Shown here: positions 24,642-37,004 of the stretch, piece after piece
Position numbering within the stretch: the stretch's first letter is position 1
How the letters are laid out: every line of letters begins with the position of its first letter
NCBI GenBank assembly: GCA_963777955.1
Contig: CAVZSQ010000013.1
Span: forward strand, 192,001-256,000
Direction: 5' to 3'
Source: Calditrichia bacterium
GTDB taxonomy: Bacteria; Calditrichota; Calditrichia; JAJRVZ01
DNA length: 64,000 nucleotides
Notes under the pieces: model-generated
What the model saw: the letters and a program-made list of their open reading frames with translations, nothing else
Database searches by the model: none
What the model was told of the DNA's origin: nothing
Position numbers and translations under genes: made by a program

Positions 24642-27600
24642 TTACTCTAATTTTACTTTTAAACCCAGGCCCTGCAATTCTCTGACCAGAACATTGAAGG
24701 ATTCGGGAGTTCCGGCATCGGGTAAATTCTCACCTTTAACGATGGATTCGTACACTTTGGAGCGTCCGATCACATCATCACTTTTTACAGTCAGAATTTC
24801 CTGCAGGGTATGTGCCGCACCATAGGCTTCCAGAGCCCAGACTTCCATCTCTCCAAACCGCTGTCCGCCGAATTGCGCCTTACCACCTAATGGTTGCTGG
24901 GTAATAAGTGAATAGGGTCCGATAGAACGGGCATGAATTTTATCGTCAACCAGGTGTGAAAGTTTCATCATATAAATCATCCCCACCATCACTTCCTGGT
25001 CAAAGGCTTCTCCGGTACGGCCATCGCATAATTGGGCTTTGCCGCTGAGCGGCAATTTAGCATTGGTTAATTCCTGGTAAATATCCTCGATCGTGGCACC
25101 GTCAAATACCGGACTGGCATAACGCTTATCCAGGCGATATCCGGCCATGCCCAGCGTGGTCTCGAAAATCTGACCGAGATTCATCCGTGAGGGTACCCCC
25201 AGCGGATTCAGGATAATATCAATCGGCGTACCGTCGTCCATGAAGGGCATATCTTCCATGGGCACCACCTTCGCCACTACCCCTTTATTACCGTGGCGTC
25301 CGGCCATTTTATCGCCGACCGACAATTTGCGCTTCTCGGAAATATAGACCTTGGCCAGTTGTACAATTCCCGGAGGGAGTTCATCACCCACCAGTATTTT
25401 GTGCTTTTCGCGTTTCAGATCATTCTCAATTTCATTCATCTTGCGCCGGTATTCCGAGTACAGGTTACGTACAAAATTGTTTTTGGCATCCGACTCGAAC
25501 CAGGTCGAATTAATATCCAGGTTTTTAACATCGATTTTGTCAAACGACCCGGATCCGATTTTAGTATTAGCCTTCATGGCCATTTTACCATCCATATAGC
25601 GAATGCTGCTCGATTTGTGACCGTCGAAATGCTCGGCCAGCACCATTTGCATTTGCTTGATCAGTTTATGTTTTTTCTGTTCAGCCTGTTTTTCGAAGGA
25701 CTCGGCGTGTTCCTTATCTTTTTTCTTCGACTTGTTGTCCTTATGTTTCCTGGAGAACAGTTTGGTGTTAACCACGATACCTTCCATTCCGGGCGGAGCT
25801 TTCAACGAGGCATCTTTCACATCCCCTGCTTTACTGCCAAAGATCGCTTTCAGCAGTTTTTCTTCCGGAGTCGGATCGGTTTCGCCTTTTGGCGTCACTT
25901 TACCGACGATAATATCTCCGGCGATTACCTCAGCCCCCACCCGGATGATCCCGTTTTCATCCAGATTCTTGGTCGCTTCTTCACTGACATTAGGTATTTC
26001 ACGGGTCAATTCTTCTTCCCCGCGTTTGGTATCTCTGACCTGCAGTTCAAACTCCTGAATATGAACCGAGGTGAATAAATCTTCGCGGACGATCCTCTCG
26101 GAGACGATAATAGCATCTTCAAAGTTATAGCCTAACCAGGGCATAAATGCAACCAGAATATTACGACCCAGGGCCAGTTCCCCGTTATCGGTTCCACCTC
26201 CGTCTGCGATCACCTGACCTTTGGACACCCGCTCACCGATGTTGACTAGAGGCCGCTGGTTAATACAGGTATCCTGATTGGTGCGCTGAAACTTTATTAA
26301 TTCATAAGTGATAAATTGTTGCTTGTCGGCCAGTAGTCCTTTTTCAATTTGTACCTGCTCATCGGCATCAAAGGCTATGACAATTTTCTCGGCATCGACA
26401 AATTGCACAACGCCGTCGGTCTCCGAAATCACCATGGCCCCGGAATCGCGGGCCACTTTTTCTTCTATTCCCGTACCGACAATCGGTGTCTCCGGTTTCA
26501 GCAGCGGAACAGCCTGTCGTTGCATGTTGGATCCCATCAGGGCCCGGTTGGCATCGTCATGTTCCAGGAAGGGAATCAGGGAAGCGGCAGGTGAAACGAT
26601 TTGATTGGTAGCCACATCCATGAAATCCACCTTGGCTGGTTCCACAACTGGAAAATCACCTTTGAAGCGGGCTTTGACCTTTTCTTCCTTCATGCGATTC
26701 TTTTCGTCCAGAGTTATATTAACCTGGGCAATGGTATAACTGTCCTCTTCCGTGGCCGTCAGAAATTCCACTTCATGGGAAACCACACCATTTTTTACGC
26801 GACGATACGGTGTTTCAATAAATCCAAAGTCATTAATGCGGGCCAGCACACATAATGAAGAAATCAGACCGATATTGGGTCCTTCAGGTGTTTCAACCGG
26901 ACACAATCTGCCATAATGAGTATAGTGCACATCGCGTACTTCGAATCCGGCGCGTTCACGGGTCAATCCTCCCGGTCCCAGAGCACTAAGACGCCGCTTG
27001 TGGGTCAATTCTGCCAGGGGGTTGGTCTGATCCATAAATTGCGATAACTGCGAAGTGCCAAAAAATGTATTGATGACCGAGGAGATGGTCCGGGCATTCA
27101 CCAGATCCTGCGGGGTCAGTTTTTCAGAGTCTCCCAGATTCAGACGCTCTTTAATCGTCCGGGCCATGCGGGATAGACCTACGCTGAATTGAGCAGAAAG
27201 TTGTTCGCTGACTGTCCGGATACGGCGATTGCCCAGATGGTCGATGTCATCGGTTACCTGCCGTCCGTCTTTCAAATCCAGCAGATAGCGTATGATCGCG
27301 ATGATGTCTTCTTTACTAAGTACTGTAACATCATATGAAACCGCCACATTCAATTTTTTATTCATCCGGTAGCGGCCAACCGCGCCCATATCATAGCGTT
27401 TATTATTAAAGAACATGCGTTCGATCAAACCGCGGGCCGTATCCAGATCCGGAGGTTCGCCGGAACGGAGTTGGCGGTAGATTGAATCGATGGCTTCTTC
27501 TTCATTGCGGGTATTATCCCGTTTCAGGGTATTCAGAATTACGTTCGGCGCACTGGGATCAAATATCTTCACCACTTCCAGTTCATGAATTTTCATTTTC

Positions 27601-28416
27601 TTGCACTGGGTAAGCAAAGACTTCGCTAATCTCGCTGCCCTGTTCGGCAACCACTTCACCGGTGCCTGTGTCTACCAGGTCCTTGGCCAGCACACGACCA
27701 AGATTCTGCTTGGGATCATGTTTCAGATCGATCGTTTCAGCCAGATTAAACAGATTGATGATTTCCTCGTTAGCCGAAAAACCGATGGCCCGTAGCAACA
27801 TGGTCACCGGAAATTTTTTCTTACGATCGATATATACGAACATCATGTCATTCACATCGGTAGTGAATTCAACCCAGGATCCGCGAAAAGGAATGATACG
27901 TGCTGAAAAAATCGGCGTGCCGTTTGGATGTTCGGTTTGGGAGAAGAAAACACCGGGAGAGCGGTGCAACTGGCTGACCACTACCCGTTCCGCCCCGTTG
28001 ATAATAAATGTTCCGCGCTGGGTCATGTACGGCATATTACCCAGATATACATCCTGTTCGATAAACTCGGTAAAGTTCTCGGTCTCGCCGGTGACATCGC
28101 GGATAGCCAGCCGCATTTTAGCCTTGAGTGGAACGGCATAGGTTACGCCGCGTTCCTGGCATTCCCGCACAGAATATTTAGGTTTATCCAGATAATATTC
28201 AACGAATTGCAATTCATAATTACCGCGGCTATCGGTAATCGGAAAAACACTTTCAAAAACGGATTGCAGTCCTTTGCCGGGTCTTTCAGCAGGTGATACA
28301 TCCTCCATCAGAAATTCCTTAAAGAATTTCACCTGAATATCCATCAGATTAGGATATTCAATGATAGTAGGAATACGGCTAAAGGTTACTCTTTGATTGT
28401 GCTTGGTATTCTCCAA
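24642..28416 (-). CDS. rpoB: RNA polymerase beta subunit (apparent +1 frameshift near 27622)
   Basis: Two ORFs (27583..28416, 24642..27659) join at ..[39 protein letters not shown]. Confidence 0.97.
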
Positions 28417-28452
28417 GGTTAATCACCTCAATTAGTTAAAGATTAAGATAAA

Positions 28453-28842
28453 TTATTTTATTTCTACCGTTCCACCGGATTCTTCGATCTGTTTTTTAAT
28501 ATCTTCTGCTTCCGCTTTCGAAATTCCATCTTTAATTGTATTGGGTGCATTGTCAACCAGATCTTTAGCTTCTTTCAGACCCAGATTGGTCAGTGCGCGT
28601 ACGACTTTAATCACCTGGATTTTCTTCTCGCCTGCTGATTTCAGTACAACGGCAAATTCAGTTTTTTCTTCAACTGCCTCAGCCGGGGCGGCACCGCCGG
28701 CCTGCGGGGCTGCTGCCATTGCAACCGGTGCTGCTGCGGTCACTCCGAACTTGCTTTCGATATCCTTGATCAGATCCGAGATTTCCAGCATCGTCGCTTT
28801 TTCAAGGTAACTAAGTACATCTTCTCTGCTAACTTGAGCCAT
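28453..28842 (-). CDS. rplL: 50S ribosomal protein L7/L12
   Basis: FGVTAAAP...KIQVIKVVR...[10 protein letters not shown]. Confidence 0.98.
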   Translation of the reverse strand: MAQVSREDVLSYLEKATMLEISDLIKDIESKFGVTAAAPVAMAAAPQAGGAAPAEAVEEKTEFAVVLKSAGEKKIQVIKVVRALTNLGLKEAKDLVDNAPNTIKDGISKAEAEDIKKQIEESGGTVEIK

Positions 28843-28891
28843 TTTATCCTCCACATTAAATAGAATCTAACAATTTGCTTTATTATTTAAA

Positions 28892-29419
28892 TTATGATTT
28901 AACGTTTTTAACACTGACCAGAGTACCCACCAGTTTCTGACCGCTGGCCTGCAGAACCGCGAGCAACCTGCTCAGCGGGGACTGCAGCATGCCCATTAAC
29001 TGGGCCAGCAACACTTCACGCGACGGCAGATTGGCCAGGACCTCGATTTTATCAGCACCAAAGAGTCTTCCTTCAAAGATGCAACCCTTGATGACCAGGG
29101 ATTTATTTTCTTTAGTCAGCGTCTTATTAAAATCTTTAATCACCCTGATCGGGGCAGCCGCGTCATGTTCACTGAAGGCAAAGGAAGTCATTCCTTTTAA
29201 TATCTGATCCAATCCTTCGATACCGGCATTTTTTAAGGAACGCCTGGCCAGAGTATTTTTCAGTACACAGTAATCCACCTTGGCCTTGCGAAACTGACGG
29301 CGCAGTTCCGTGGTCTGCGCAACATTCATACCGGTAAAATCGGCCAGAAAAATGCTTTTGGACTTTTTAAATTTTATTGCGTATTGGTCAACCTGTTCAA
29401 TTTTCTTTTGCGTCGGCAT
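28892..29419 (-). CDS. rplJ: 50S ribosomal protein L10
   Basis: VLKNTL...LANLPSRE; position. Confidence 0.96.
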   Translation of the reverse strand: MPTQKKIEQVDQYAIKFKKSKSIFLADFTGMNVAQTTELRRQFRKAKVDYCVLKNTLARRSLKNAGIEGLDQILKGMTSFAFSEHDAAAPIRVIKDFNKTLTKENKSLVIKGCIFEGRLFGADKIEVLANLPSREVLLAQLMGMLQSPLSRLLAVLQASGQKLVGTLVSVKNVKS

Positions 29420-29441
29420 AGTCCATTCCTTAAATAAAATT

Positions 29442-30140
29442 TTAACTTGTATAAGTGTTCATATTTTTATCTAAGAAGATTCCGGGTCCCATGGTACTGG
29501 AGATGGCGATACTTTTGAGATAGATCCCTTTGGCTGAGGTCGGCTTCAGGCGGATTACCATCATGATAAAGGTGCGAATATTCTCGATCAGTTTATTTTC
29601 TTCGAAGGAGATCTTGCCCACACCGGAGTGAATGATACCTGCCTTGTCGACGCGGAAATCAATTTTTCCTGCTTTGATTTCCTTCACTGCCGTGGCCACA
29701 TTTGCTGAAACCGTACCACTTTTAGGATTTGGCATCAAGCCCCGCGTACCCAGAATTTTCCCTAATTTTCCGACCTGGGCCATCACATCGGGCGAGGCGA
29801 CGACCACGTCGAATTCCAGCCAGCCGCCCTGTATTTTTTCAATATACTCTTCCAGGCCTACATAATCTGCGCCGGCTGTTTTCGCTTTTTCCGTATTGTC
29901 GCCTTTGGTCAGGGCCAGCACACGGATCTTTTTACCGGTACCATTGGGCAGAGCTACCGTACCGCGTACCATCTGATCGGCATGACGAGGATCAACACCC
30001 AGACGCATGGCAATTTCCACGGTTTCATCGAACTTGGCGCTGGCGGTTTGTTTGAGTAATTTTACCCCTTCTTCCAGCGAATATTCTTTCTGCCGGTCAA
30101 TCTTCTCAAAAATCCTAGTAAAACGCTTGCTTCGTCTCAT
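29442..30140 (-). CDS. rplA: 50S ribosomal protein L1
   Basis: AKFDETVE, GLMPNPKSGTV, SSTMGPG. Confidence 0.98.
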   Translation of the reverse strand: MRRSKRFTRIFEKIDRQKEYSLEEGVKLLKQTASAKFDETVEIAMRLGVDPRHADQMVRGTVALPNGTGKKIRVLALTKGDNTEKAKTAGADYVGLEEYIEKIQGGWLEFDVVVASPDVMAQVGKLGKILGTRGLMPNPKSGTVSANVATAVKEIKAGKIDFRVDKAGIIHSGVGKISFEENKLIENIRTFIMMVIRLKPTSAKGIYLKSIAISSTMGPGIFLDKNMNTYTS

Positions 30141-30160
30141 TGCATTCAACCCCTTTAATA

Positions 30161-30586
30161 TTAACCTTCAACCACGATGCCCATACTGCGAGCAGTACCC
30201 TCGACCATCCTCATCGCACCCTCAATATCTGCGGCATTCAGATCCTGCATTTTCATTGCGGCAATTTCACGAACCTGTTCTCTGGTCACGGTACCGACCT
30301 TGGTGGTATTCGGGATGCCTGATCCTTTTTCAATTTTAGCCGCCTTTATTAACAGTACCGAAGCGGGAGGAGTCTTGGTGACAAAGGAAAAAGAGTGATC
30401 AGCATAAACAGTTATTTCCACCGGAATGATTAGTCCTGCTTTATCCTGCGTTTTGGCGTTATAAGCTTTGCAGAATTCCATGATGTTCACACCATGTTGT
30501 CCCAAAGCCGGTCCCACAGGCGGTGACGGATTGGCCTGCCCTGCCGGTAATTGCAGTTTGATTTTAGCGATTTCTTTCTTTGCCAT
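30161..30586 (-). CDS. rplK: 50S ribosomal protein L11
   Basis: [23 protein letters not shown]. Confidence 0.98.
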   Translation of the reverse strand: MAKKEIAKIKLQLPAGQANPSPPVGPALGQHGVNIMEFCKAYNAKTQDKAGLIIPVEITVYADHSFSFVTKTPPASVLLIKAAKIEKGSGIPNTTKVGTVTREQVREIAAMKMQDLNAADIEGAMRMVEGTARSMGIVVEG

Positions 30587-30625
30587 TATTGCTCTGACCT
30601 CTCGTTCTTAATCCCAGATCTTTTG

Positions 30626-31169
30626 TTATTTTTCCAATTCGACTTGCAGAAAATCCAATTCCACGGGAGTTGGTCTGCCAAAAATGCTGATATTTACTTT
30701 TACTTTATTCTTTTCATCATTTATTTCTTCCACAAAACCGGTAAAATCGTTGAACGGACCATCGGTCACCCGGATCGGATCACCAATTTTAAACGGCGCT
30801 TTGAGTTTTCCCTTGACTTCGGTTTCGCGCCCGCTTTCAATTTTGCCGAGAATACGATCAACCTCCACATCGCGTAACGGGGTCGGTTCGTTTTTGGGTC
30901 CGACAAAACTGATCACCCCCGGCGCATTAGAGACCACATGATGGGTCTGATTATCCAGCACCATTTCGATCAGAATATAACCCGGGAAGAAAACACGGTT
31001 TTTGACGCGTTTTTTACCATCCCGCATTTCGATCACATTTTCGGAAGGAATAATAATCCGGCCGATTTTATCTTCGATTCCCTTGAGTTTAATCTCAGAC
31101 TTCTATGTGCGCCTTAACTCTGGCTTCCTGACCGGAATAAATCCGCAGTGTATACCATTTTTTTACCAA
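30626..31169 (-). CDS. nusG: Transcription factor NusG (apparent +1 frameshift near 31101)
   Basis: TTG 31169 MVKKWYTLRIYSGQE...AHIE joins SEIKLKG...FFPGYILIEM...DGPF...IFGRPTPVEL. Confidence 0.96.
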
Positions 31170-31193
31170 TCTGATTTTCCTCTCAATGGTTAA

Positions 31194-31385
31194 CTAAAAC
31201 AGATTCATTAAAAAGCGCATCGTCCACGCTAAAATATATTCAACTCCAAAAATATAAATGGTGAACATGAGACTAACGACAGCGACAATCAGTGATGAAT
31301 TTATCAGTTCTTCCCGTGTCGGCCAGGAAACTTTAAGCATCTCGGCTTTGACATCAGCATAAAAGGTGACGATTTTCTTGAACAT
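31194..31385 (-). CDS. secE: Preprotein translocase SecE
   Basis: EMLKVSWPTREE followed by one TM helix; upstream of nusG. Confidence 0.95.
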   Translation of the reverse strand: MFKKIVTFYADVKAEMLKVSWPTREELINSSLIVAVVSLMFTIYIFGVEYILAWTMRFLMNLF

Positions 31386-31409
31386 GATCTTTTCCCTATC
31401 GATAGTATC

Positions 31410-31486
31410 TGGCAGGCCTGGAGGGACTTGAACCCCCAACCCCCGGTTTTGGAGACCGGTGCTCTAGCCAATTGAGCTACAGGCCT
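31410..31486 (-). tRNA. tRNA-Trp (CCA)
   Basis: AGGCCTGTAGCTCAATTGG...CCGGT-CT-CCA-AA-ACCGG...GGTTCAAGTCC...CAGGCCTGCCA; CCA end encoded. Confidence 0.96.
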
Positions 31487-31501
31487 AACGGCAGAATAAT
31501 T

Positions 31502-32692
<1,191 letters not shown>

Positions 32693-32736
32693 GAGTACTC
32701 CTCCAAAGTTGTTACGAATTCCGAACAAATTTACTG

Positions 32737-32809
32737 AGCCCACGATCAGGATCGAACTGATGACCTCATCCTTACCAAGGATGTGCTCTACCAACTGAGC
32801 TACGTGGGC
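32737..32809 (-). tRNA. tRNA-Thr (GGT)
   Basis: GCCCACGTAGCTCAGTTGGTAGAGC..CATCC-TT-GGT-AA-GGATG..GTTCGATC..CGTGGGCT. Confidence 0.96.
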
Positions 32810-32869
32810 TTTAATGCAAAAAGACCATCTCCTCCGGTAAAAAAGGATGATTTCAGAAGATTGTATAAG

Positions 32870-32943
32870 AGCGGGAGACGGGATTCGAACCCGCGACCAA
32901 CAGCTTGGAAGGCTGTGACTCTAGCCAACTGAGTTACTCCCGC
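32870..32943 (-). tRNA. tRNA-Gly (TCC)
   Basis: GCGGGAGTAACTCAG..ACAGC-CT-TCC-AA-GCTGT..GGTTCGAATCCC..CTCCCGCT. Confidence 0.96.
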
Positions 32944-33016
32944 ATTTACTTATCACAATCTGCACGCGGTGCAAGTGTAACCGAACCAATCCGACTAAGT
33001 CATTTGAGTCGATTCG

Positions 33017-33089
33017 AGCTGGCGAGAGGACTTGAACCCCCAACCAGCTGATTACAAATCAGCTGCTCTACCTGTTGAGCTACGCCAGC
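33017..33089 (-). tRNA. tRNA-Thr (TGT)
   Basis: GCTGGCGTAGCTCA..GCTGA-TT-TGT-AA-TCAGC..GGTTCAAGTCC..CGCCAGCT. Confidence 0.96.
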
Positions 33090-33154
33090 AGTTAATCTGG
33101 CTCACCGATACCCAAATGCCGCGTAAATCACCAATGAAATAATCAGAGCCAAGT

Positions 33155-33182
33155 AATTTAAATAATTTTATTTATATGTCAA
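33155..33182 (-). promoter_or_regulatory. Sigma70-type promoter for the tRNA-tuf supercluster
   Basis: Minus strand TTGACA-16 nt-TAAATT with AT-rich upstream sequence. Confidence 0.65.
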
Positions 33183-33297
33183 TAATTATTTTTGTTTTTT
33201 AACATAAAATTAGTACCCCTGGCTTGAGTCTAAGTTTATTATGACTGTTCCGATCAGGCCTGGAAATTAATTAATTTTCCTGAAAATAAGAATTAAA

Positions 33298-33326
33298 TTG
33301 ACATCCACGGGGTTAATCTTTAAATT
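33298..33326 (+). promoter_or_regulatory. Sigma70-type promoter for rpsT
   Basis: TTGACA-17 nt-TAAATT about 50 nt upstream of the ATG. Confidence 0.65.
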
Positions 33327-33377
33327 TTGCAACTTATAATGATTATTATAAATTAAAAAGGTTAAAAGGCAAACATT

Positions 33378-33632
33378 ATGGCACAGCATAAGTCAGCAGT
33401 GAAAAGAATCCGCTCTTCATCAACCAGACGATTACGCAACCGGCAGTACCGTAAAAAATTCAGTACCATCGTAAAATCCATTCGTGAGGCCAATACGAAG
33501 GCGGAGGGCGAAAAATTGCTAAGTGCAGCTACTCCCTATATCGATCAGGCTGCCAGCAAAAAGATCATTCACCGCAATAAAGCCAGCCGTGAAAAATCCA
33601 GACTGACAAAATTCGTCAGCAAATTAGCATAA
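33378..33632 (+). CDS. rpsT: 30S ribosomal protein S20
   Basis: MAQHKSAVKRIR...IHRNKASREKSRL. Confidence 0.97.
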   Translation: MAQHKSAVKRIRSSSTRRLRNRQYRKKFSTIVKSIREANTKAEGEKLLSAATPYIDQAASKKIIHRNKASREKSRLTKFVSKLA

Positions 33633-33651
33633 TTCTTATTCAGGCGTTTCG

Positions 33652-33698
33652 AAATAAAAAAAGGCTGCCGGCACTTTATACCGGCAGCCTTTTTATTT
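33652..33698. terminator. Bidirectional intrinsic terminator (rpsT / clpX)
   Basis: AAAAAAAGGCTGCCGG-CACTTTATA-CCGGCAGCCTTTTT between convergent genes. Confidence 0.88.
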
Positions 33699-33712
33699 AT
33701 AACTTAATATGT

Positions 33713-34960
33713 CTAGGCAGTTTTCTTGGATTTCTTGAAGGTCAAAACCGGATCTGCTTTCCCGCTGACCATTTCTTTGGTGATCGTACAGCTTTCTACA
33801 TTAGGTACCAGGGGCAACTTGTACATAATATCCAGCATCGTATTTTCCATGATCGCCCGCAGCGCCCGGGCACCTGTATTACGTTTCCTGGCAATATTAA
33901 CGATCTCGTTTAATGCTTCCTCAGCGAAACGTAATTGAATATTATCCAGACTTAACAACTTTTCATACTGGCGGACCAGGGCATTTTTTGGTTCGGTCAG
34001 GATCGAACGCAAAGCCTGTTCATCCAGATCATGCAGGGGGGCTACAACCGGCAACCGTCCGATCATTTCCGGGATCAATCCATATTCCAGCAGGTCTTCC
34101 GGCTCGGTCATGGCGTACAATTCGCCTTTGGATAGTTTGTTCATGTTTCTGCCGGCAGATTTAAATCCAATTTCTTTCTTGCCGGTTCTGCGGGCAATAA
34201 TGTCGGCCAGACCTTCAAAAGCTCCGCCGCAGATGAATAATATATTTTTAGTATTGATATTAACCAGACGCTGTTCGGGGTGCTTGCGGCCTCCCTGCGG
34301 CGGAATACCGGAAATCGTTCCTTCCAGAATTTTTAACAATGCCTGCTGCACTCCTTCTCCCGAGACATCACGGGTTATAGACGGGCTGCCATCTTTACGG
34401 GCGATTTTATCAATCTCATCCAGGTAAATGATGCCCCGTTCCGTCGGCTCAACCTGATAATCCGCCGCCTGGTAGAGTCGGACCAGCACATTTTCCACGT
34501 CTTCACCCACATACCCTGCTTCGGTCAATACCGTGGCATCGGCAATGGCAAACGGTACTTTCAGAAAACGGGCCAGCGTCTGGGCCAGCAGGGTTTTACC
34601 TGTACCGGTCGGTCCGATCAGCAGAATATTACTCTTCTCAATTTCAATACCTTCATATTCATGGGGATGATTAACTCTTTTATAATGATTGTACACTGCC
34701 ACCGACAGAATTTTTTTAGCCCGCTCCTGTCCGATCACATATTTGTCCAGCTCGCCCTTTATTTCCGAAGGAATGGGCAATGGACCACTGGTGAACATTT
34801 TCCTTTGCCGGCTGTGACTCTGGACGATATCCGCGGCTGTCTGGATGCACTCATTACAGATGTGCACACCGGGACCGGAGATCATACTCTCCACTTGTGT
34901 GGCGGTCTTACCGCAAAACGAACAAAAGGTTTTATTGATATTGTTTTTGTCTTTGGACAT
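33713..34960 (-). CDS. clpX: ATP-dependent Clp protease ATPase ClpX
   Basis: CSFCGK..ICNEC Zn domain, [18 protein letters not shown] loop. Confidence 0.98.
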   Translation of the reverse strand: MSKDKNNINKTFCSFCGKTATQVESMISGPGVHICNECIQTAADIVQSHSRQRKMFTSGPLPIPSEIKGELDKYVIGQERAKKILSVAVYNHYKRVNHPHEYEGIEIEKSNILLIGPTGTGKTLLAQTLARFLKVPFAIADATVLTEAGYVGEDVENVLVRLYQAADYQVEPTERGIIYLDEIDKIARKDGSPSITRDVSGEGVQQALLKILEGTISGIPPQGGRKHPEQRLVNINTKNILFICGGAFEGLADIIARRTGKKEIGFKSAGRNMNKLSKGELYAMTEPEDLLEYGLIPEMIGRLPVVAPLHDLDEQALRSILTEPKNALVRQYEKLLSLDNIQLRFAEEALNEIVNIARKRNTGARALRAIMENTMLDIMYKLPLVPNVESCTITKEMVSGKADPVLTFKKSKKTA

Positions 34961-35568
34961 TAACGTTTTTCCTTTGCCGGTGAAACCGGACTTTTGGTGA
35001 TTACTTCATCGATGATGCCGTAATTTTTTGCTTCTTCCGCAGACATAAAATAGTTCCGGTCAGAATCCGCAGCGATCTTATCGACCGGTTGACCGGTACA
35101 ATTGGCCAGAACCTGATTGAGCTCTTCTCTCAACCGCAATATTTCTTTGGTATGGATTTCGATATCGGTAGCCTGTCCTTCCACTCCGCCCATGGGTTGA
35201 TGAATCATGATCCGCGAGTGCGGCAGGGCAAATCTTTTACCCTTACTCCCGGCAGCCAGTAATATCGCAGCCATACTGGCTGCCTGGCCCACACAATTGG
35301 TGACCACATCCGGGCGGATATAATTCATGGTATCCAGGATGGCCATTCCGGAGGAAACGAGCCCGCCGGGACTGTTGATATACAGATTGATATCCTTATC
35401 CGGATCTTCAGCGGCTAAAAATAATAATTGGGCAATGACCAGATTCGCTATCATATCATCTATGGGCGTTCCCAGAAATATAATCCGCTCTTTCAGTAGC
35501 CGTGAATAAATGTCATAAGCGCGTTCACCGCGCCCGGTCTGCTCTATTACCATCGGCACCAGGGTCAT
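34960..35568 (-). CDS. clpP: ClpP peptidase
   Basis: [28 protein letters not shown]. Confidence 0.98.
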   Translation of the reverse strand: MTLVPMVIEQTGRGERAYDIYSRLLKERIIFLGTPIDDMIANLVIAQLLFLAAEDPDKDINLYINSPGGLVSSGMAILDTMNYIRPDVVTNCVGQAASMAAILLAAGSKGKRFALPHSRIMIHQPMGGVEGQATDIEIHTKEILRLREELNQVLANCTGQPVDKIAADSDRNYFMSAEEAKNYGIIDEVITKSPVSPAKEKR

Positions 35569-36848
35569 ACGATTTCCAGATCCTTTCTGCTCTTTACCGA
35601 TTTCTCGGTCACTGTTATTTTTGAATTCGTCATAATATAGTCAAAAACTTTCTTCTCGAATAAATCGTTTAAAACCCTCTTTTTAATTTCTTTATTCTGA
35701 CGGTAAAAATTCTTCAATTTCTCTTCTTCTATTTTATTCAAAAATTCATCATAATCCTGTTCCCCGATCTGAATTTGTTCAGCGCGGGCTATAGCCTCCT
35801 GCAGGTAGAACCACTTGATATTGAACAGGGCGTCGGTACGGTAATTTTTCCGGGCTTCCTCGGTATCGATCTTATCATCCTTTCTGGCAATTTCGGCGAC
35901 AATCTTATCCAGGTATTCCGTGACCATTGCTTCCGGAATGTCGAAAGGATTTTGCTGTAACAATTCGTGCACCACCTGGTTATAAAAATGCTGCTCCGAT
36001 TCCTGTCCCCAGTGGCGGGCTAACTGTTCCCTGACCATTTCCCGCAACCTGTCCACGTTATCCACTCCGAGATTTAGTTCCTTGACAAAATCATCGTTCA
36101 ATTCCGGCAACTCGACACTTTCTATTTTTTTAATGCTGACCTGAAAACGTTCCTTCTTACCCGGTATCAATTTTTTGATCCCGCGTTCAGTATAACGTTT
36201 CTCAATAAATTTTTCTTCACCTGCGGCCAGTCCGACCATTTGTTCTTCCAGTTGCGGATCAAACTTCCCTGAACCCAACTGCACCTGGATATCGCTGTAT
36301 TTTTTGCCCACCAGCGGCATGCCGGATTCATCCAGTTCCTGCATATCGATCAGCAGATGGTGTCCCGGTTGAGCTTTACCCTCGACCGGAGCGACAACCG
36401 CTTTCTGCTGCCGCAAGATCAGCAACTGATCCTCTACATCCTCGTCGCTGAGCCGGTAGACCTCTTTCTCCATTTGCAGATCTTTATATTTTTTTAATTC
36501 AATTTCCGGATAGGTTTCCACTTCTGCTTCCAGCAGCAGATTCTTTTCATCATCATACTTAAAACTTTTAATCAGCGGCGGATTGAAAGGCAGTATATTA
36601 TTTTCTTTGGCACTTTTTTCAAAACCGTGTTGCAGGGCTTCATCCAGAGTATACTTTTCAATGGCATCGGCAAAACGGCTAAGAACGATGTGTTGCGGAA
36701 CACGTCCTTTCCTGAATCCTTTAATTGCGGCCTCTTTCTGGACCACCTTTATCTGGTGTTCACGGATCGCCTGCACTTCATCCGCAGATATCTTTATCTT
36801 CAACTGCTTGCGGCAGGCACCGCTACTGGTAATCTCAGCTGTGACCAT
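35565..36848 (-). CDS. tig: Trigger factor
   Basis: GFRKGRVP ribosome-binding motif; tig-clpP-clpX order. Confidence 0.94.
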   Translation of the reverse strand: MVTAEITSSGACRKQLKIKISADEVQAIREHQIKVVQKEAAIKGFRKGRVPQHIVLSRFADAIEKYTLDEALQHGFEKSAKENNILPFNPPLIKSFKYDDEKNLLLEAEVETYPEIELKKYKDLQMEKEVYRLSDEDVEDQLLILRQQKAVVAPVEGKAQPGHHLLIDMQELDESGMPLVGKKYSDIQVQLGSGKFDPQLEEQMVGLAAGEEKFIEKRYTERGIKKLIPGKKERFQVSIKKIESVELPELNDDFVKELNLGVDNVDRLREMVREQLARHWGQESEQHFYNQVVHELLQQNPFDIPEAMVTEYLDKIVAEIARKDDKIDTEEARKNYRTDALFNIKWFYLQEAIARAEQIQIGEQDYDEFLNKIEEEKLKNFYRQNKEIKKRVLNDLFEKKVFDYIMTNSKITVTEKSVKSRKDLEIV

Positions 36849-37004
36849 TCTGTTCCTTTCTGCTGGATCAACTAAATATTAAACAGAAATGAAATTTACC
36901 TCTTCCATATTCTAAATGCAAGATGTTAATCGGGCCGCTTTTGACTTCAACGGGTCTGGCACACCCGTCTATAACATTATGATATATCCGCAATTAATGA
37001 AAGA

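Noticed and set aside
25293..26078. 261-aa ORF antisense to rpoB (also 57539..58222, 59968..60675 and similar)
   Set aside because: Antisense to well-supported genes, with no recognisable motifs
31386..31439. N-terminal extension of SecE
   Set aside because: Overlaps tRNA-Trp
32693..32794. 34-aa N-terminal extension of EF-Tu in the ORF track
   Set aside because: Runs through tRNA-Thr(GGT); the real ATG with SD is at 32692
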